Of a DNA stretch of 64,000 nucleotides, positions 23,947 to 35,087 are shown piece by piece. The DNA is from Nemertoderma westbladi. Lineage: Eukaryota > Animalia > Xenacoelomorpha. The position numbers and the translations under genes are program-made. The notes beneath the pieces were generated by a model. The model saw only the letters and a list, made by a program, of their open reading frames with translations. It had not been told where the DNA came from and searched no databases. The first letter of the stretch is position 1, and each line of letters opens with the position of its first letter. The stretch spans positions 1 through 64,000 of the forward strand of contig JAUCBJ010006254.1 in NCBI GenBank assembly GCA_032718475.1, given 5' to 3'.

Positions 23947-24523
23947 ATTTCTGGTTCTGCAAAACACCTTCCATGTATAAATTTATATCCCATAGATGGA
24001 TACCTAGTTTAGGGCAGGAGAGGGAAATTCAAATTATATATTAGGCCTGTTTATTGTACTTCGATAACTGTTGACTACAATTTTGCTTGCTAATGATCAG
24101 ACCAGAACAAGATCGCCATTTCTCTCATTTTAAGTCGTATTCTTATTATAATTGGTCCCCGCCTTAAATGGAATAAATTAACAACAGTAAAAAAAACACT
24201 AGTATTCGGACGTAGCGACCTAGCTGCCTACCGGTACCGCCACAACATTAGTTGAAGGACTGGAGACTGGATCAGTGAACTACCGTGCGTCGTCATAGCA
24301 GTGAAATAAGTATAACTGTTATATGTAAAACTAATCAGTTATATTTATCTAAGCCAAACTACTGTTTTACTGGTACTTGTACTTGCAGTCTGTACCTGGT
24401 ACACTACAGTGTGATATTTTATCTAAGTATCTATTTCTTTGAGTCTCTGACTGACAATTCCTCTGCATTACATTATATACCGTACATTGCCATAAACTTA
24501 TTGTGGAGGTAAATCAAATATTA

Positions 24524-25561
24524 ATGGAATACGCCACAGACTCCGAGGGTTCGGTTCCAACAGATGATGATTCAATGGAAGGGGATTGTAACTGCAACAT
24601 TTGCGATTATTATGGTAGATCCTCCGAAGACTACGACACTTCCCGCGAGCTCCATTGGGCTGCTGCGGATGGTTATATAGAAAAGTGTCGCGATCTTTTA
24701 TTGGAAGGACGCGATCCGAATAGTAAGGTTGACGTGGGTTTCGGGAAGTTAACACCGCTGCATAACTTTCTTAAACGTATCTTCAATTATAGTGATTCTG
24801 AAGAAATTTACAAAGGGGTGAAGATGTTCCTTGAACTTGGATCTAGTTCTAGTTCACATATTCTTATAACTGCAGTCGAATGCATAAATCTCGACAGTTT
24901 CGAACTGATTTTAAAGAATAGCAGTCTCGGTCATATTAACGGCACTGTCCGCGTACATAAACACACACCACTTTCTTGGGCTGTAGAACTCGGTTGCGCA
25001 AAACACGTTGAAATGATCTTAAAATATGGGGCGGAACCGACTAGTAAGCCTTTCGCGTTCGAAACTATCCTTAGCGGGGAATGTTCCGGAACACTGCCTC
25101 TTCCGGTGATGAAACGGTTGTACCGCCGGAGCATTGCCGAACGCCTAAAAAGCCCCAGTCGTTACCAATACCAAATAGGCGATAAATGGGATGAGCTCGT
25201 ACTTTACATCCAGACAGGTTACACCATCTCTACGCCTCCAATGTTTCTGGATGGGACGGGACCTTACACAGGGATTTTACGAAGTGTAATCCCTTATAAA
25301 TACTTAAAGGAACTCATTTACGACCTATGTCCTTCAAGACATAATTACATATGTGAGAACTTTCGCATTCATGAGGAGGTGATTGGTGAGGATTTGGAGT
25401 TGCAATTTTTAAGTCTGCAGCATATGAGTCGAAGGGTGATCCGGGAATGTTTGTTTCGTAGCGGGAAGGAATTTGAAGAAATCAATAAGGCGTTACTTCC
25501 ACCTGTTCTACCTTTAGTATTGCGGAGATACGTGCTTGGCATGTGGGATGATAACTATTAA
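24524..25561 (+). CDS. Ankyrin repeat and SOCS box-containing protein (ASB-like), intronless
   Basis: Ankyrin motifs LHWAAADG, TPLH, TPLSWAVELG..LKYGA; C-terminal SOCS box SLQHMSRRVIRECL...LPLVLRRYV. First ATG at 24524. Confidence 0.85.
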   Translation: MEYATDSEGSVPTDDDSMEGDCNCNICDYYGRSSEDYDTSRELHWAAADGYIEKCRDLLLEGRDPNSKVDVGFGKLTPLHNFLKRIFNYSDSEEIYKGVKMFLELGSSSSSHILITAVECINLDSFELILKNSSLGHINGTVRVHKHTPLSWAVELGCAKHVEMILKYGAEPTSKPFAFETILSGECSGTLPLPVMKRLYRRSIAERLKSPSRYQYQIGDKWDELVLYIQTGYTISTPPMFLDGTGPYTGILRSVIPYKYLKELIYDLCPSRHNYICENFRIHEEVIGEDLELQFLSLQHMSRRVIRECLFRSGKEFEEINKALLPPVLPLVLRRYVLGMWDDNY

Positions 25562-26112
25562 TGATTACTAAAAGGTAGAACGAACCTTGGCAACGACAAC
25601 TAAATAGTTTATCCGTCAATCAAGTGGCAATACTTTATTCCAGTTGTTGCGTTGTTCGTCGTAATTTCTCAATATAAACTCCATAGAGACTGAATATTAA
25701 TACTGATCATTAATCGTCATGTATGGGCAGTCATTGTCTTTAAACAAACTTTGTAAACTCTCCATTATAGTATATATTAGGTAAAAAAAAATTTGAAATG
25801 ATAATTGGTGGTATACCAAAATCAGTGATATTGATTTACATTGCCTGTATATCTTTGCAACGTTGTGAAAATTATTTTGTATTTTCGCTTTAAACATTTT
25901 ATTATTAACTGTCATAATACCACCACCCCCCCCCCCCCCCCCCCCCCCAAATCCCCCATCAATTACAATTACACCAGAGGTACATATACTCTTGTAGTGC
26001 TTTTATGCATGGTCAGACTTCCAAATCTAAAACTTACCAGTGGGCACCACGCTACGATTACTGATAACGATGGGGCGGGTAGACCCATCATTGATAATTA
26101 TTTAAATTTCCG

Positions 26113-27006
26113 TAATTTATCTCCCTTTCTACCCGATCAGCTGCGTTTAATTTATCTCCCTTTCTATAATTTATCTCCCTTTCTACCCGATCAGCTGCGT
26201 TTAATTTATCTCCCTTTCTACCCGATCAGCTGCGTTTAATTTATCTCCCTTTCTATAATTTATCTCCCTTTCTACCCGATCAGCTGCGTTTAATTTATCT
26301 CCCTTTCTACTCGATCAGCTGCGTTTAATTTATCTCCCTTTCTATAATTTATCTCCCTTTCTACCCGATCAGCTGCGTTTAATTTATCTCCCTTTCTACC
26401 CGATCAGCTGCGTTTAATTTATCTCCCTTTCTACCCGATCAGCTGCGTTTAATTTATCTCCCTTTCTATCCGATCAGCTGCGTTTAATTTATCTCCCTTT
26501 CTATAATTTATCTCCCTTTCTACCCGATCAGCTGCGTTTAATTTATCTCCCTTTCTATAATTTATCTCCCTTTCTACCCGATCAGCTGCGTTTAATTTAT
26601 CTCCCTTTCTACCCGATCAGCTGCGTTTAATTTATCTCCCTTTCTACCCGATCAGCTGGGTTTAATTTATCTCCCTTTCTACCCGATCGGCTGCGTTTAA
26701 TTTATCTCCCTTTCTATAATTTATCTCCCTTTCTACCCGATCAGCTGCGTTTAATTTATCTCCCTTTCTACCCGATCAGCTGCGTTTAATTTATCTCCCT
26801 TTCTATCCGATCAGCTGCGTTTAATTTATCTCCCTTTCTATAATTTATCTCCCTTTCTATCCGATCAGCTGCGTTTAATTTATCTCCCTTTCTACCCGAT
26901 CAGCTGCGTTTAATTTATCTCCCTTTCTACCCGATCAGCTGCGTTTAATTTATCTCCCTTTCTATAATTTATCTCCCTTTCTATCCGATCAGCTGCGTTT
27001 AATTTA
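26113..27006. repeat. 35-bp satellite, left part
   Basis: Unit aatttatctccctttctacccgatcagctgcgttt with interspersed 19-bp short units aatttatctccctttctat. Confidence 0.98.
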
Positions 27007-28208
27007 TGTAAAAGCTTTTGTGGGATAACTGATACGTTTGCCTTTGCTGGCCAGTTCCCCCCCAGTCGCTAGAATACTCTCAAAGGGATTTATAACTAAA
27101 ATAGTGCAAGCTACCAGCTTATTGGCTGATGTGCTGTACGGAGATATCTGGGCTCAGTTTAATCGGCCAACTAGCTTAGAGAGGTTGCCTTAGCCTTGCT
27201 GTCCGTATCGGCCAATAGAATTTGAGTGGGCGTTGATTTCGACCTATCCCAGAGCCAGAGCTACTGAACTGAATTTCCTATCTCACTGCTCATCCTCTGT
27301 GTTGGACGGGAGCTTCGGGGAATAAGGGTAGTTGGTATACTCGTATAGTCATTCCAGTCATATGATTTTATATGATTCTGTTGTTGTGTTCCCATTTTCG
27401 CCATAACACCGGCTTTTTGGGAAGAACTCTAGTAAAACTGCTTAAATTATCGAAAGTATAAACTGTTACCTACTCACTTACTTAACTAACTCACTTAATT
27501 TAACTGCATTAATCATATTGTTTGTACTGTTATTTTACTGTCAGTTATTAATTGTATCTATTTGTTGATGGAAATATTGCTCTTTGGAGAATACGGATAA
27601 ATCACCCAAAATTCCCAATTTTCTTGATACACTACAGGTTAGAGAGACGGGCTATATATAACAATTGCGATTTATATTAATGTGGTGTGTATTGAATCTA
27701 ATGTTATTTAGCGGACCCTACATGAGTCAATTGCTGCTCTCTTTATGTGTGATCAAATATACTGACGGTCGGCAGAATAGTGTGCATGATTGTGATTGGT
27801 AACAAAGTATTTCCTAAAGAATGCGCTTTATACTTTAATCATAAGCAGTATCGTTGCGTTTAGTATAAGTCCTAGTTCTGTTTAAATAGATAGAGCGCCA
27901 CGTCCTAAAGGAACTGTTAATATTCCCCGAAAGCCAATAATATCTGTCAGGAATTAATTATTAATGATCTGTCGAATAATACAGTAAGTTTACGCTGCAA
28001 CCTTACACTGCAATAATAAAATTTAAGCATCCGAATTCAGCCTCCCGGGTGTAGATCCATCGGGTGAATGATCGCGCATGGGCTGACTTCGGCTAATGTT
28101 TTGCGTATTAGCATAAAATATTGTCGTATGCTAAAGGTGTTTTAATTAACTAAAAGACATATAAATTTTGGCAGGTTAAACTGCTAAAGGTCTTCAAAAG
28201 CGCGAACA
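27007..28208 (+). repeat. 5' LTR (1202 bp)
   Basis: tgtaaaagc...gcgcgaaca. By eye it differs from the 3' LTR by a 6-bp duplication (ccagag) and one substitution. Confidence 0.97.
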
Positions 28209-28221
28209 GTAACAGTTTATA
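28209..28221 (+). promoter_or_regulatory. Non-tRNA primer-binding site, candidate self-priming PBS
   Basis: gtaacagtttata abuts the LTR and is the exact reverse complement of LTR 27457-27469 (tataaactgttac). No TGG start. Confidence 0.7.
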
Positions 28222-28513
28222 ATCTTATTGCAGTAGGCAATAAGGTTGCAAAATACCGTAGTGACTGGTAAAACTGAACCGGTACTTCTGTAGGTCAGTA
28301 GGCCTAACTGTCATCACCGGTACCGGTACTGCTGTACAAGTACATTTAGTATTATTCGATTTTGATTATTGTATACCGGTAGGCTGTTTAAGAGATTAGG
28401 GACTGTACACCCCTTGTTTCTTTTGGAGCTTACTTATTTCTGTCGGTTTTATTTCCTAGTAAGTTAATATTGAGCTGAAGACGTGTAAGTCTGCTCAGAT
28501 TGTGCAAGTAATT

Positions 28514-29085
28514 GTAGGCTGAACTGCTGTCTGACTGTGTTGAGTTTGGAGAGATTACGGCGTGTGTAGAGTTTGTCTGATAAAGTGCCGTTAGTAAGTT
28601 GGGGCAGCCATATGCGGTAAGGTCAATCCCCTCTTAAAGAATAAGTCGTACTACCGTGTTAGAACGCATACTAACTAACAGTTTCAGAGTCTGCATATAC
28701 TGTAGTTTATTTAGGCTTGATCATAGTCTGCCAGTGTTTTAGTCTGTGTTTGTTTGTGTGGTCTGTTCAGGTACCGTAATAGTTATTACTCAAATATTTT
28801 GTAGGCTGGATTGTTGTCTAGCTATTCTTAGGCCTGAAGGGATTGCTGCGTGTGTAGAGTTGGTCTGATAAAGTGCCGTTAGTAAGTTGGGGCAGCCATA
28901 TGCGGTAAGGTCAATCCCCTCTTAAAGAGTAAGTCGTACTACCGTGTTAGAACGCATACTAACTAACAGTTTCAGAATCTGCACATACTGTAGTTTGTTT
29001 AGGCTTGATAGTAGTCTGCCAGCGTTTAGTTTGTATTTTGTTTGAGTATTCTGTACGGGTAGCGTAATATTTATTATTCAGAGTT
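28514..29085 (+). repeat. ~287-bp tandem duplication in the retrotransposon leader
   Basis: Near-identical core cgtgtgtagag...gccatatgcggtaagg...catactaactaacagtttcag at ~28561 and ~28848. Confidence 0.9.
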
Positions 29086-30404
29086 TATGCGATTATTCGC
29101 AACATTCATGTCCCCAAGTTTATTCCTACAGTAATTGTGCTTGTTATACATACCGTTATAGTTAAATTAACCCCGGTACTACATCAGGGCTGCTCGGCGT
29201 AGGTAAAGACTGGAGATTTTGTGCTTCGGTCACTCCAGCAGATGCCGTGGTTCTTTTAACTGTTCAAGTATATTTAACTACTGATTATTTGTTATACCGG
29301 TACTTGTACCTAATTTAGGGTTTAGTGTACAGTGCTTTCCGAAGTAATTAGTGTAGGCAGTATATTTGTGTTGTAAAGTGGTTGATAGGCACATTCGTTA
29401 GCTCTATTAGCTTCTGGGTAGGCAGGTAGGAACAATCCGTGATACATAACGTAGTACCTATAGCGATACGGTTATAGGTCGTCAGGCGGTGGTATTTTCC
29501 TATCTGGACAGTACAATATATTTACTACTACTTATTATTTCAAATACCGTAGTACCCTGTCCGTTGTAATAACCAGAATTCTAACCCTTTGTTAGGCTGG
29601 TTTGTAGACTTCCTGTAAAATTACCCTAAAAATTTCGTACGTAATATTTTGTTGTGTTTAATTAGAGAATTAATCTCACCCGTATCGTAAGTAATTTGTA
29701 GTAATTAAGTAACTTAGGTAAATTAGAATTATCAGTTTTAGTGTCAAATAAATAGCACTTCACTGAGAGGCGTTCAGCTTCTGTGTAGTGACTCCCCCAG
29801 AAATAATAACATTTATTTCAAATATTGACAAAAACCCATATAAACGGGTATATAAATATTATAAATCAAATCAAACGATTTATAAATAGTAGGCCTGTCA
29901 TACAACAACTAGGTCTCACTACCAGTTGGACTACTGCTTAAATAACGGTAATAAAGTAAGTTAAAGTAACCAAGTAACCTTAAAATATTCAGAAATTCAA
30001 TTATTCTAAAAAATAATTGACATACCGGTACTTACAATAGGCTTTTTATATTTATTTCTATAAATTTGAGCTGAAATCATACCGGTACTCTGTAATTAAT
30101 TCTAGTCCAGAATTATACTTATATACTATAAGTGTAAGCTGCATACCGGTATTCACGATAGGCCTATTATATATTTATATATATTTGTGCTAAAATTATA
30201 TACCGGTACTCTGTGACAAATCTAGTCTGTAATAATACTTATATATATATTATAAGCATACCGGTATTCTAATATATTGTATATATATCACGTTACACTG
30301 AGTAACGGTGTCGGTAATAAATCGCTAGGCTTGCGGTCATACTGAATTACTAGACTTGCTTTAACTGAAACTATAGTAGTAGACATTCAACTGTATAACT
30401 AAAC

Positions 30405-33400
30405 ATGTCTGACACTCAGCAAAACCTGTCAGACAGTCTGATCGATACAACTATCTGTGATTCAGATAGGAGTGTGGAGCGAATAAGAAAGGAGTTCGGC
30501 TCACCTCCTACTGTAAAAAAGGTCATCCCTCCAGTAGTATCAGACCCTAGGCTAGTCCACCATAGGTCCATCATAGGCACTCGGGCACAGGTAAAACGGG
30601 ACCAAGAGGCAGTTGTCCTCTCGCAGCAACATCTTGGTCAAGAACCTACTTCCCAGCGACCCGATAGCTCCAGCAGTTCGGATACTGTAGAGTTGACTCC
30701 CGAACATGGAGTGCAGATGGCTGATACAGTCTACTCGGACCCCCTTCTTACTCTTCCTGCTGCAGTGCTAACTACTATATTCATTGCGGTGGAGGAACAT
30801 CAAGCCGACTGGGCGAAGAATAAGCGAGCGACCCAAGATAATTACGCGGGATACGCCAGGGAAGAATTGATATCTATTGTTGAATCACAATGGAACTTTC
30901 CCGGACTCGGACTTCCGTTGGATCTGTCCGAGGCTACTTGGGAAGATATACACAGGATGGGAGTGGCTAAAGATACAATGGATCCAGCTGTTTGGAAGAG
31001 GTCGGCAGCAGGATATGTGCAGGGATTCTTCGGATCCTTGGATCGATTGGAAGAACAACTGTTTCGACAACCTCACGGACCTCAAGAGCAGGAAGAGCTG
31101 CTATATCAAATACGCGAAAGAACCCTACGCATACGACTAATCCTCTCAGCCTTTGAGGAAACTTCCAAAAGAAGACAGGACACGTCGCTGCAGGTTGTTG
31201 TCAAAACTTGGCTACATCGGGTAGATCTCAAAGTACAGGAAACGGCCCAGTGGAAATCCCAGCTGGCTGAGAGATCAACTTATGAAGAACCAACTGATGT
31301 CACCCTTTCTCAAGCGGAAAGCGAAGAGGCCGCCGAGAAACCGCGAACTAGAGACGCTATCGACATTTATTTGTCCGACTATCAGCGATTCCTAGGAGAC
31401 GAAGAGTTGAGGAGACGGCTGTCTGGACTTTCCCCTAATAGTGAAGGAACCAAGCTTGTATTGGACTCAATCGATGCCGAAATGTTAGCTGCAAACCAAG
31501 CTAAATGTGATGAAAAACTCCGTCTCACTAGAGTCCGAGAAGAACAAATAAAGAAAAGAAGGATAGAGGAACAAAAGGCGGCGGCTATGGCAGATGCAGA
31601 AGCAGAAAAAAAAGCAGCAAAGGCGGCGGCTATGGCAGATGCAGAAGCAGAAAGAAAAGCAGCAAAGGCGGCGGCTATGGCAGAAGCAGAAGTAGAAAGA
31701 AAGGCAGCGGCGGCAGATGCAGAAGCAGAAAGAAAGGCAGCGGCGGCAGATGCAGAAGCAGAAAGAAAAGCAGCAAAGGCAGTGGCAGAAGCAGAAAGGA
31801 GAGCATCTGAGCAGACTACCCAACTGGAGTTGGAAAATCTGCAAGAGACACAAGACAGTATAAATAAACAGTTTACTGCTAATCAAATGCAGATGATGAG
31901 AAAATCTACTCCCAAGCGCCAGGGATACACATCCTCGGAGGAAGGCGATACTACCGATCCTGAAGGCGGAGGAAATAGATCTCATCTAAGTAGGCGTAGA
32001 AAAACATATTACCGTCGCAAATTGCCTGATTTGCCCCCAGCTGTTAAAAGACAGCTAAATAGCACAGACTTAGGTAGTGCAGAACCCATAGAACAATTTA
32101 TCCAGGTCAAAAGACTCCCTACTATAGTCGATGAACCTGAAATAATTAGGCCTGTTGTTCCCAAAGTCACTTCTGTGCTAGAGACCCCTACACTTCCAGA
32201 GCTTAACTCTAAATTCCCTTTACATAGTACTACCCTGCCTGTACCCGGTGGAACAGTCCCTGCAAATACCCCTGTCCAGATAGCAGAGAGAGAAATCAAT
32301 AATTTGTCTCCCGTCGTCCCGCGTCAGCCCGCTACTATGTTGGCGACTCCCGCTTCGGCGGTTGAGTGGGTGGAAGAGGGACGGCGGGGGATGAATCTCC
32401 TGCTGGGACAGATGCAGGAGACTGTCCACCAACTTAAGGGAACAGTGAGGGAAGGTAGAGCAGAGTTGCAAGAGGTGCAGCAAAGTATCGCACTAGAACG
32501 CGACAAATTAGTCAATATCCAAAAGGGCATACCAATACCCCCTGTAACATTGTGTCAACCTGTTAGGTCTGAAGTATTACATGCGCAAGGTGTGGAGCCT
32601 ACACGCATCTATACTGCTAGTGAAGTTGAAACTCCTATAGCAAACCCTATTAAGGGTGATTATAGGCCTGTTATTAATGATATTCCCTATAGAACTGATA
32701 ATGATCCGAGAAATTTATATACCGATAATTCGATATTAAATAACACGATGGCCCAAGAAAGCTTTACGCGTCAGATGGCTAGAACAGAAGCCCGCCAAGC
32801 GGTCAAAGTGGGAGAGATCGTCAAATTCAATGGAGATGAGATGAAATGGTTACCTTTCAACGAATATTACAAAGATAGCATACAGAACTCTGTACTATCT
32901 AACGGAGAGAAACTTAGATTCCTCATCAAGTGCTTGGAAGGACCTCCCAAGTTAATGGCGTTAAAGTTTATTGGACATCCAGATGGATTAAGACAAGTTT
33001 GGGATACATTAAACATCAGGTATGGTAACAAGGATAACATAGCTAAGTATTTGTATGCAAAATTAGTAGCCCCCCGACACTTCCTTAGTAGCGGGATTAT
33101 AGAGTTTTCCGATGAGATTCAAGAGATCTGTAGACAACTGGACTGGTTAGGTAAGTTGCATGAATATCAGAGTTCCATGGTCATTGGAGCCGTAGTCTCT
33201 ACTTTACCAAAAGGTGGAGTATGTACGCGCTGGGACAAGAAAGTGTTGTACATGAATGAACAACAACGACGAAGTCCTACCATGGCTGATCTCATGTCCT
33301 TCTTAGATAGTGAAGTAAAATTACAACTCATAAGGCAGTCCAGAGAGAAAACATCGGAAAATAAGGTAAGTGAGAAACCCGTTTCTAGGAGAAGGATAAT

Positions 33401-35087
33401 ACCAGTGTGTTATACTGACGACGGCGAAAGCCAAGCTTCTCAAGAAGAGGACAGCGGGAAAGACACAGCAAAATCTTACTATGACAACAAGACCTATAAA
33501 GACGTAAGAAAATACAAGTCTCGAACCAGTGACAGGAGAGAACAGGTAACAACAACTCCTCCTACGTCTCCTAAGAGAATTCACGGAAGAAAGCCCGAAG
33601 AAAGAACGAGAGTGCATAACGTTAACCAAGTTAAGGTGAGTAACATCAAACCAAAATGTGCGCTGTGCGACGGGCCCCACCGTTTGAGTGCGTGTGCTGA
33701 ATTTCTAAAGAAATCCCCTGTAGACAGACGTACAGTCCTGTGGAATAAGCGGTTATGCTATAATTGCCTCAGATCAGGACACCAACGGCGAACCTGTTAC
33801 TCCGACGTAAAGTGTGCAAAGTGTGGCGCGAAACATCACATCTTGTTACACAGTGAGTTCGAACGAGACAACCCGAGTCAGGTAAGTGAGCCCGAACTAC
33901 ATGTCCAATTCAGTGATGTGAACGACACTGACCAAGGTTCTGAGTGGGAAGGATTCTATACAGACGAATTCTCCGATGCCAACGAATCCTGTTATCTAAT
34001 AAATACCACAGTGTATCGAGCACTTACGTATGAAAAGGACACTGACGAGTTTACTCCAACTCCTTTTGACAAACAACCATCTTGGAAAGTTCCAACTTCC
34101 AACATAGGAATAAGAGAATTTCCTGTAGTGCAAGTGAGAGTTCATGGTCTCAACAAGAGTTACATAGTGAACGCCCTACTTGACTCCGGCAGCACAGGAA
34201 CATTCATCGATCAAGAACTAGCCGAAGATATCTTTGCTGGACAACCCAAGTTCCGGACTAAATTGAATATGTCAGGAATTATGCAGGTTTGGAAATCTAC
34301 CCTAACGGCAGATTACTATGTAGGTGTGTTGTCCACCCCCCAGGATAAGTTAGGAACACAAGGTATAAGGTCAGTAAAAATGGTGGCTATAAAGAACTTT
34401 GCTACTACTCAAGCAGAACCTTATAATTGGGACGAGGACGAGTGCATCCAACATCTTGAGATACCTCGATTCCAAACCGATTATCCTGGAGTGCAAATCC
34501 TCATCGGCCAAAACGCGCATGAGGCGCTCGAGACATTGGAGAAACGGCCTGCTCAACCGCAGCCATTACAAACTTATGCGGTAAGAACTAGAGTAGGTTG
34601 GTACTTTACTGGCCCTTCCCGCAGAACTCTTGAAGAAAGATTGCCACAAGACCGGCTACTTCAAGTAAAGGATTGGGAAGAGGGGAGCAGTGAAGTGGAC
34701 GAACCCACTGAGGTAACACCATACTCCTCAGATAATGACGATATTAACTCCAATGTAGATCAATGGAGACATCGCCCCGAGATGATTAATCTAGCCGACA
34801 TCGCTTCCAGAGGAGCAACTCCTCAAGAACGGATAGATACTCCCGGCTGGTTAGGTGGACCCTACTCCCTAAGTAAAGAAGAAGATGAATGGCCTCCTCA
34901 TCTTACCACTGCGGAGATTAGACAGGCCAAGGGAGCGGAGGAAGTAACACGACAGCCTAATCGCCCAGCTGGTCGCTTAGGTTTACTGGAAAGAGACCGA
35001 AAACTGTCCGGAAACCATGGAAGGCAAGATACTCTTCCTACGACCACTTCCCTAATTCGACAAAGATCTAGGGACTCCATAACGTAA
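30405..35087 (+). CDS. BEL/Pao gag-protease polyprotein fused to an RNase H C-terminal remnant (1560 aa)
   Basis: DUF1759-like KFNGDEMKWLPF...EKLRFLIKCLEG; knuckles CALCDGPHRLSAC, CYNCLRSGHQRRTC, CAKCGAKHHILLH; protease ALLDSGSTGTFI; WRH...NLADIASRG...W..GP..L...WP. No RT YxDD domain and no integrase. Confidence 0.93.
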   Translation: MSDTQQNLSDSLIDTTICDSDRSVERIRKEFGSPPTVKKVIPPVVSDPRLVHHRSIIGTRAQVKRDQEAVVLSQQHLGQEPTSQRPDSSSSSDTVELTPEHGVQMADTVYSDPLLTLPAAVLTTIFIAVEEHQADWAKNKRATQDNYAGYAREELISIVESQWNFPGLGLPLDLSEATWEDIHRMGVAKDTMDPAVWKRSAAGYVQGFFGSLDRLEEQLFRQPHGPQEQEELLYQIRERTLRIRLILSAFEETSKRRQDTSLQVVVKTWLHRVDLKVQETAQWKSQLAERSTYEEPTDVTLSQAESEEAAEKPRTRDAIDIYLSDYQRFLGDEELRRRLSGLSPNSEGTKLVLDSIDAEMLAANQAKCDEKLRLTRVREEQIKKRRIEEQKAAAMADAEAEKKAAKAAAMADAEAERKAAKAAAMAEAEVERKAAAADAEAERKAAAADAEAERKAAKAVAEAERRASEQTTQLELENLQETQDSINKQFTANQMQMMRKSTPKRQGYTSSEEGDTTDPEGGGNRSHLSRRRKTYYRRKLPDLPPAVKRQLNSTDLGSAEPIEQFIQVKRLPTIVDEPEIIRPVVPKVTSVLETPTLPELNSKFPLHSTTLPVPGGTVPANTPVQIAEREINNLSPVVPRQPATMLATPASAVEWVEEGRRGMNLLLGQMQETVHQLKGTVREGRAELQEVQQSIALERDKLVNIQKGIPIPPVTLCQPVRSEVLHAQGVEPTRIYTASEVETPIANPIKGDYRPVINDIPYRTDNDPRNLYTDNSILNNTMAQESFTRQMARTEARQAVKVGEIVKFNGDEMKWLPFNEYYKDSIQNSVLSNGEKLRFLIKCLEGPPKLMALKFIGHPDGLRQVWDTLNIRYGNKDNIAKYLYAKLVAPRHFLSSGIIEFSDEIQEICRQLDWLGKLHEYQSSMVIGAVVSTLPKGGVCTRWDKKVLYMNEQQRRSPTMADLMSFLDSEVKLQLIRQSREKTSENKVSEKPVSRRRIIPVCYTDDGESQASQEEDSGKDTAKSYYDNKTYKDVRKYKSRTSDRREQVTTTPPTSPKRIHGRKPEERTRVHNVNQVKVSNIKPKCALCDGPHRLSACAEFLKKSPVDRRTVLWNKRLCYNCLRSGHQRRTCYSDVKCAKCGAKHHILLHSEFERDNPSQVSEPELHVQFSDVNDTDQGSEWEGFYTDEFSDANESCYLINTTVYRALTYEKDTDEFTPTPFDKQPSWKVPTSNIGIREFPVVQVRVHGLNKSYIVNALLDSGSTGTFIDQELAEDIFAGQPKFRTKLNMSGIMQVWKSTLTADYYVGVLSTPQDKLGTQGIRSVKMVAIKNFATTQAEPYNWDEDECIQHLEIPRFQTDYPGVQILIGQNAHEALETLEKRPAQPQPLQTYAVRTRVGWYFTGPSRRTLEERLPQDRLLQVKDWEEGSSEVDEPTEVTPYSSDNDDINSNVDQWRHRPEMINLADIASRGATPQERIDTPGWLGGPYSLSKEEDEWPPHLTTAEIRQAKGAEEVTRQPNRPAGRLGLLERDRKLSGNHGRQDTLPTTTSLIRQRSRDSIT

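Noticed and set aside
25841-26239. 132-aa proline-rich ORF
   Set aside because: Derived from a poly-C run and satellite units.
31485-31985. Cys/Phe-rich antisense ORF
   Set aside because: Antisense shadow of the AEAERKAA repeat in gag.
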